Assembly (NCBI GenBank): GCA_009602735.1
Contig: WELA01001939.1
Coordinates: 1,021,742 to 1,046,948 of the forward strand
DNA: 25,207 bases
Direction of reading: 5' to 3'
DNA from: Mesotaenium endlicherianum
Taxonomy: Eukaryota
In this document: piece after piece, positions 20,849-25,207 of the stretch
Position numbering within the stretch: the stretch's first letter is position 1
How the letters are laid out: each line of letters starts with the position of its first letter
Notes under the pieces: generated by a model
What the model was told of the DNA's origin: nothing
What the model saw: only the letters and a program-made list of their open reading frames with translations
Databases searched by the model: none
Position numbers and translations under genes: made by a program

Positions 20849-21877
20849 ATGGAGTCGCAATCGGCAAGTGAAGGAGGCAAACATGTCGAGCATGTTGAGC
20901 GCGTGGAGCAGATGGCACCACCTTTGTCAAGGGAGCAACAAGAGATGCAGGCGATGTTGAGGCAGATGGCAAACGCAATTGGAGGAGAAGTCTATACACA
21001 ATTTCAACAAAATATGCGCCAGGAGGTGGAGAGAATGGTGCGAGCTGTGGTTGGAAACGCCGCTTCGACGAGTTCGGCACCTACACCTGCTATACCACCT
21101 ACCCATGTTCAACCAGTGGTGCAACCAGTTATTCCACCCGCATCGAGAGTGCGTGCGCCTAAGCCTGAAGTGTATATTGGAGAGCGTGGGTCGCCGCCTG
21201 TTCATCAATGGATTTCTGGAGTGAAGACGTTTATGGAGTATTTTGCGCTCACGCCCGACAGGCAAGTCGCCTTTGTGATTACTTTGCTGAAAAAGAGTGC
21301 TGGAGCTTGGTATGAGCGACAGGAGCAGCTGTCTGGAGTTCCTGCTATTATTAATCAGCTATTTGAAGGCTTGAAGAGGCAATTTCAACCTATTGCACCC
21401 GAGGCTACCGCTCGAGATCTGTTGGTGCGCCTTCGTCAACGAGGAAGCGTTCAAGAGTATGTATTGCGCTTCAATGAGCTGGTGCTTCAATGTCCATCCA
21501 TGCACGAGTCGGAGATGATGGACAAGTTCAAGAGGGGACTCAAGCCAACTGTGGCCAAGGAAGTGGCGCTCAAGGACCCTACCAGTCTTGGAGAAATGAT
21601 GGCATTGGCAACAAGGGTCGACGTTGTGGAGTATAGTCAGAGGCAGTGGGGCAGCCACAACTTTGGAGGACATCGACAGTTTGGTTCTCAAGCGCCAAGC
21701 ACAAGTGCTTAAGGTCCAGTACCTATGGAGTTGGGACTTGTCCAGAACCAGCGCAGGCAATAGAATTACAAGCCGAGAGGACCCTGCTATAATTGCGGCA
21801 AGCTTGGACATCTGGCTCGAGACTGTCGTGTGAAGGTGAAGCAACCTCAACAACAGGAAAAAAAAGGACGCCAGTAA
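20849..21877 (+). pseudogene. gag: gag of E
   Basis: APKPEVYIGER, AGAWY, LRQRGSVQEY, FKRGLKP; after stop 21710 the frame continues GPVPMELG...CYNCGKLGHLARDC. Confidence 0.93.
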
Positions 21878-23635
21878 CTCGTTCTGGGGTGTCTACTGGC
21901 GTGAAGAAGGAAACTCACAAGGAGGTTGTCCCCACGAGCCTGCCGAGAAGCGAAATACGAGATGTTGACAAGCCTATTATCGTGGAAGGAGCAGTCAACG
22001 GCAACAAAGCGAAGTGTATGGTCGACAGTGGCGCAAGTGCAAATTTTGTGCACAAGAAGCTGGTGAAAGAGTGGCGAATCCCTGTGCAGGAGCATTAAGA
22101 GCCTAAGGAGGCAATTCAGGCAAATGGGTAGAGACTCAAGTGTGGTGCACCTACGGAAGCTATTCACGTGGAAGTAGCGGGGCACCGGAGTAAGGAAGTT
22201 ATGGAGCAGGCAGAGTTGGGTCACTATGAGGTGATATTGGGCTGACTATGGCTAAGAAAAGCCAACCCTCAAGTGCACTGGAGCACAGAACAAGTGAAGG
22301 TCCAAGGGCGTGATGGTCGAATGGAGACAGCAAAACAGATGGAGGTAGATACGACCACAAGTAACTGAATTCTGTCGAGCCTGCAAGTTAAGAAGCTATG
22401 CAGGGCAAATCAAGTGAAGGAGATGTACCTTGTTTCGGTGGCCCTGGCCAGGTCATCAGATGGAGCAAGCGTGAATCCTAACAGCCTAGGCGAATGTACA
22501 TCGCCGGAGGAGCAAGTAGTGGTGTCTGATCCCCTTGCTCAGAAGGAGCAGAGCCCAACTGCTCAAGAGAAGAAGTCTGCTGAGATACCTGCCCAAATTA
22601 AGGCGCTGTTGGAGGAGTTCAAGTGCGTATTTCATGAGGAGCTACCTGCAGGATTACCTCCACAGAGAGCTATGGTGCACAAGATCGAGTTGGAACCAGG
22701 GAGCAAGCCACCAGTAAGACCCGCCTATCGTTAATCGTTTGCGGAGTTGGACGAGTTGAAGAAGCAGCTGACAGAGTTATCGGAGAAGGGATTCATCCGA
22801 CCCAGCGAGTCTCCATTTGCAGCGCCAGTCTTATTTGTGAAGAAGAAGGATGGGACTATGAGGATGTGTGTCGACTACCGGGTGCTGAACAAGATCACGA
22901 TCAAAAACAGGTACCCACTTCCACAAATGGACGAGTTGATTGACAGGCTTGTTGGGGCGAATTATTTTTCGAAGATCGATTTGCAGAGTGGTTATCACCA
23001 GGTACAAATTGCGGAAGGAGATGTTCAGAAGACTGCTTTCAGGACACGCTATGGTTCATTTGAGTTCACAGTCATGCCGTTTGGGCTGACTAATGCACCT
23101 GCTACATTCATGGGACTCATGAATAGTATCTTTAGACCCTATTTGGACCAGTTTGTGGTGGTATTTTTGGACGACATCTTGATCTATTAGAAGACCTTGG
23201 AAGAGCATGTGGAGCATCTGAGGAAGGTGTTGGAGGTCTTGAGAGATCAGAAGTTATATGGGAAGATGAGCAAGTGCGAATTTTGTTTAAAGGAAGTCGA
23301 GTTTCTTGGACATATAGTGGGAGCTGAAGGAGTCAAGGTGGAGCGGAAGAAGGTGCAAGCAGTCAGAGATTGGCCGGTACCTGCTGATATTCATCAACTC
23401 AGAAGCTTCCTCGGCATGGCAACCTATTATCGACGCTTCATTGAAGGATTTTCCGAGGGGTGTGCACCGCTCACGGACATGTTGAAGAAGCAAGAGAAGT
23501 GGCTATGGGGTGACAAGGAGCAGCAAGCCTTCGAGAAGATTAAGCAGTTGTTGACACAAGCACCTGTGTTGGCAAGTGCAAGTCCAGAGCTTCCTTTCAC
23601 CATCATCACAAACGCATCAAACTTTGCAGTGGAAG
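21859..23635 (+). pseudogene. pol: pol of E: protease, RT, start of RNase H; many stops; truncated
   Basis: [72 protein letters not shown]. Confidence 0.95.
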
Positions 23636-24031
23636 TGAAATGAATCTTGCTTATTCAAGATTAATATATTTCATTTAAATATATAAGATCAGAGATAGGT
23701 GGAAGCGTGTCAAATCAGGGAGCAATCTTCGCCCTTACAATGAATTCCGTTTACTCATCTATAACCCTTGACTCACTTATCGTAGTGTGCCATAGTTGCA
23801 CGCGAATACAAGGCACAAGAAAGAGGCGAGCTTGAGGACTAGAGCTTCTCCTTTAGAAACTCATGACCTCTTGCCTACCAGGCATACAAGCATGTGTAAG
23901 CACATACACAACATCAGGGGACTGAATAGCAAAGGCGCTCTCATTTAGATGACCATAAAGTCGCTCAAACACATCCCACTGACTTAGGTGCAAAAACCAT
24001 GAAATCTGTCCGCTGTGTGACCCCCACACTT
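23636..24031. mobile_element. Foreign non-coding segment F, probably a truncated LTR of a family related to A/B
   Basis: Begins TGAAATGAATC, identical to the 11-bp A/B LTR terminus, exactly where E pol similarity stops. Confidence 0.55.
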
Positions 24032-24665
24032 GAATTTGGTCAAGTATTGAGAGAGTTACGGATTTTTGAATTTTAATTAGTTTTGGGGTCAGTCGACGAC
24101 TGTCCTTAGTTCGCGGTGAGCGCGACCGTCGGATTGACCGACAGCGTCGAGCGATCTGGCCCGTTAGAGTGAACTCGAACCTTCACGTAATTTTGCCTGA
24201 CGCGGAGTGCCGACTAGGTCGATTTCCCTAGAAGTTTCGGTTTAGCCTAGCGCGCCTAAGATAGAATATTCTAGTAATGTTGATGCATGTATGTGGATGT
24301 CAATTTGACCCGACACGTCAGATGAGACTGATCTGGCATTCTCTCAAATATTCAGGAAGGGACATTTTGACAAACACGTAGGAAATTCCGTAGCTTCCTC
24401 CTAGAGAGGAGCACTTAGGCGGAAAACAATAAATAAGATAACTTCTTCATTTCTCATCAATTTTCAAATTTATAAACTTCTACGGGTTTGTAATGAGGAG
24501 ACCATTCATCCTATTCCATATGTGAGCAGTTTCTTGCTACTCAAAATGTTGAGTAGTTTTCCTAAGCTTTCTTAGTGATATGGTGCTGCACTCTTTAGTA
24601 TGATTGCAACTAGTTCTTTTCCTCGTGAGTCACCACGCTTCCACTAGGGCACTCTGCCCCTTTCA
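24032..24665 (+). repeat. 3' LTR of E, missing first ~109 bp
   Basis: Colinear with 20177-20811; ends CCTTTCA followed by TSD. Confidence 0.92.
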
Positions 24666-25135
24666 GCACAAGTCCTAAAAACCACTTGGAACATGCGTTC
24701 CTTTGTTTATCACCGTCACGACTGCCAACGACCGCGACCACCCGCGACCGCCTTTGCTGTCGGTCCGTTCTTGCGATGGGTATATCGTGGTCTGATCGTG
24801 GTATATCGTGGGAAATGCACAAAAATTTTTATTGGTGATACTTATTCATCTCAAAACACCTGTTTGGGGAGGTGTCATCACACCGTTTGTCGACATCAAT
24901 TATAAGCAAATGGTAGTTCATTAACACCAAACGCGTCTAACACGGTCGGCTTGCTATCTGATAGTAAAGAGGAGTCTCCTTGTTGCCAAAAACGCAGATT
25001 ACTTGACGAGGTTGTTTCCTATCTGGGGGTATCAGAGGCATAAGTGGCACCCAGCAAGGCATCCGGGATTTGGGGACACCCAGCTGCCTGACTGCAAGAG
25101 AGGTAGAGGTAGCTTTTGGAGGAGCCTTTGCGACG

Positions 25136-25138
<3 letters not shown>

Positions 25139-25207
<69 letters not shown>
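25139..25207. repeat. (GA)n microsatellite, runs off window end
   Basis: Perfect GA dinucleotide run. Confidence 0.99.

Larger units (their letters stand above)
20068..24665 (+). mobile_element. Ty3/gypsy LTR retrotransposon E (different family, degenerate, lacks RNase H/IN)
   Basis: TSD GCACA at 20063-20067 and 24666-24670; termini TGTAAGG...CCTTTCA; gag-PR-RT order. Confidence 0.93.

Noticed and set aside
24720..24815. Short CCGCGACC and GGTATATCGTGG repeats, possibly subterminal repeats of another DNA transposon
   Set aside because: No terminus, TSD or coding evidence in the window.

Overview
Eukaryotic transposon cluster with no host genes. The host is most likely a green alga or early-diverging plant, inferred from the tRNA-iMet primer sites and element types. 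Nesting, read from termini and target-site duplications (TSDs): a degenerate PIF/Harbinger DNA transposon (D, right part 15617-20053) is interrupted in its transposase by a Ty3/gypsy element whose integrase ends in a PHD finger (C, right part 14091-15616). C is interrupted in its integrase by chromovirus A (<1-14090, +). A is interrupted by a same-family chromovirus B (4417-12482, -, TSD TATTG). A separate degenerate gypsy element E (20068-24665, TSD GCACA) follows, with its RNase H/integrase region replaced by about 400 bp of LTR-like foreign sequence, then a (GA)n microsatellite. The most notable feature is an extra sense-strand ORF (~558 aa, no family I recognise, not env-like) between pol and the 3' LTR in both A and B. 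It has a conserved branch point plus splice acceptor directly before its ATG, sits in a cassette bounded by duplicated polypurine-tract motifs, and is far more diverged between A and B than gag/pol are. Other findings are -1 frameshift signals of shared design in two families, a microhomology-bounded RT/RNase H/integrase deletion in A, and an LTR mismatch pattern suggesting B is a young internal domain placed in an old solo LTR. Everything was read by eye; identity values are approximate.
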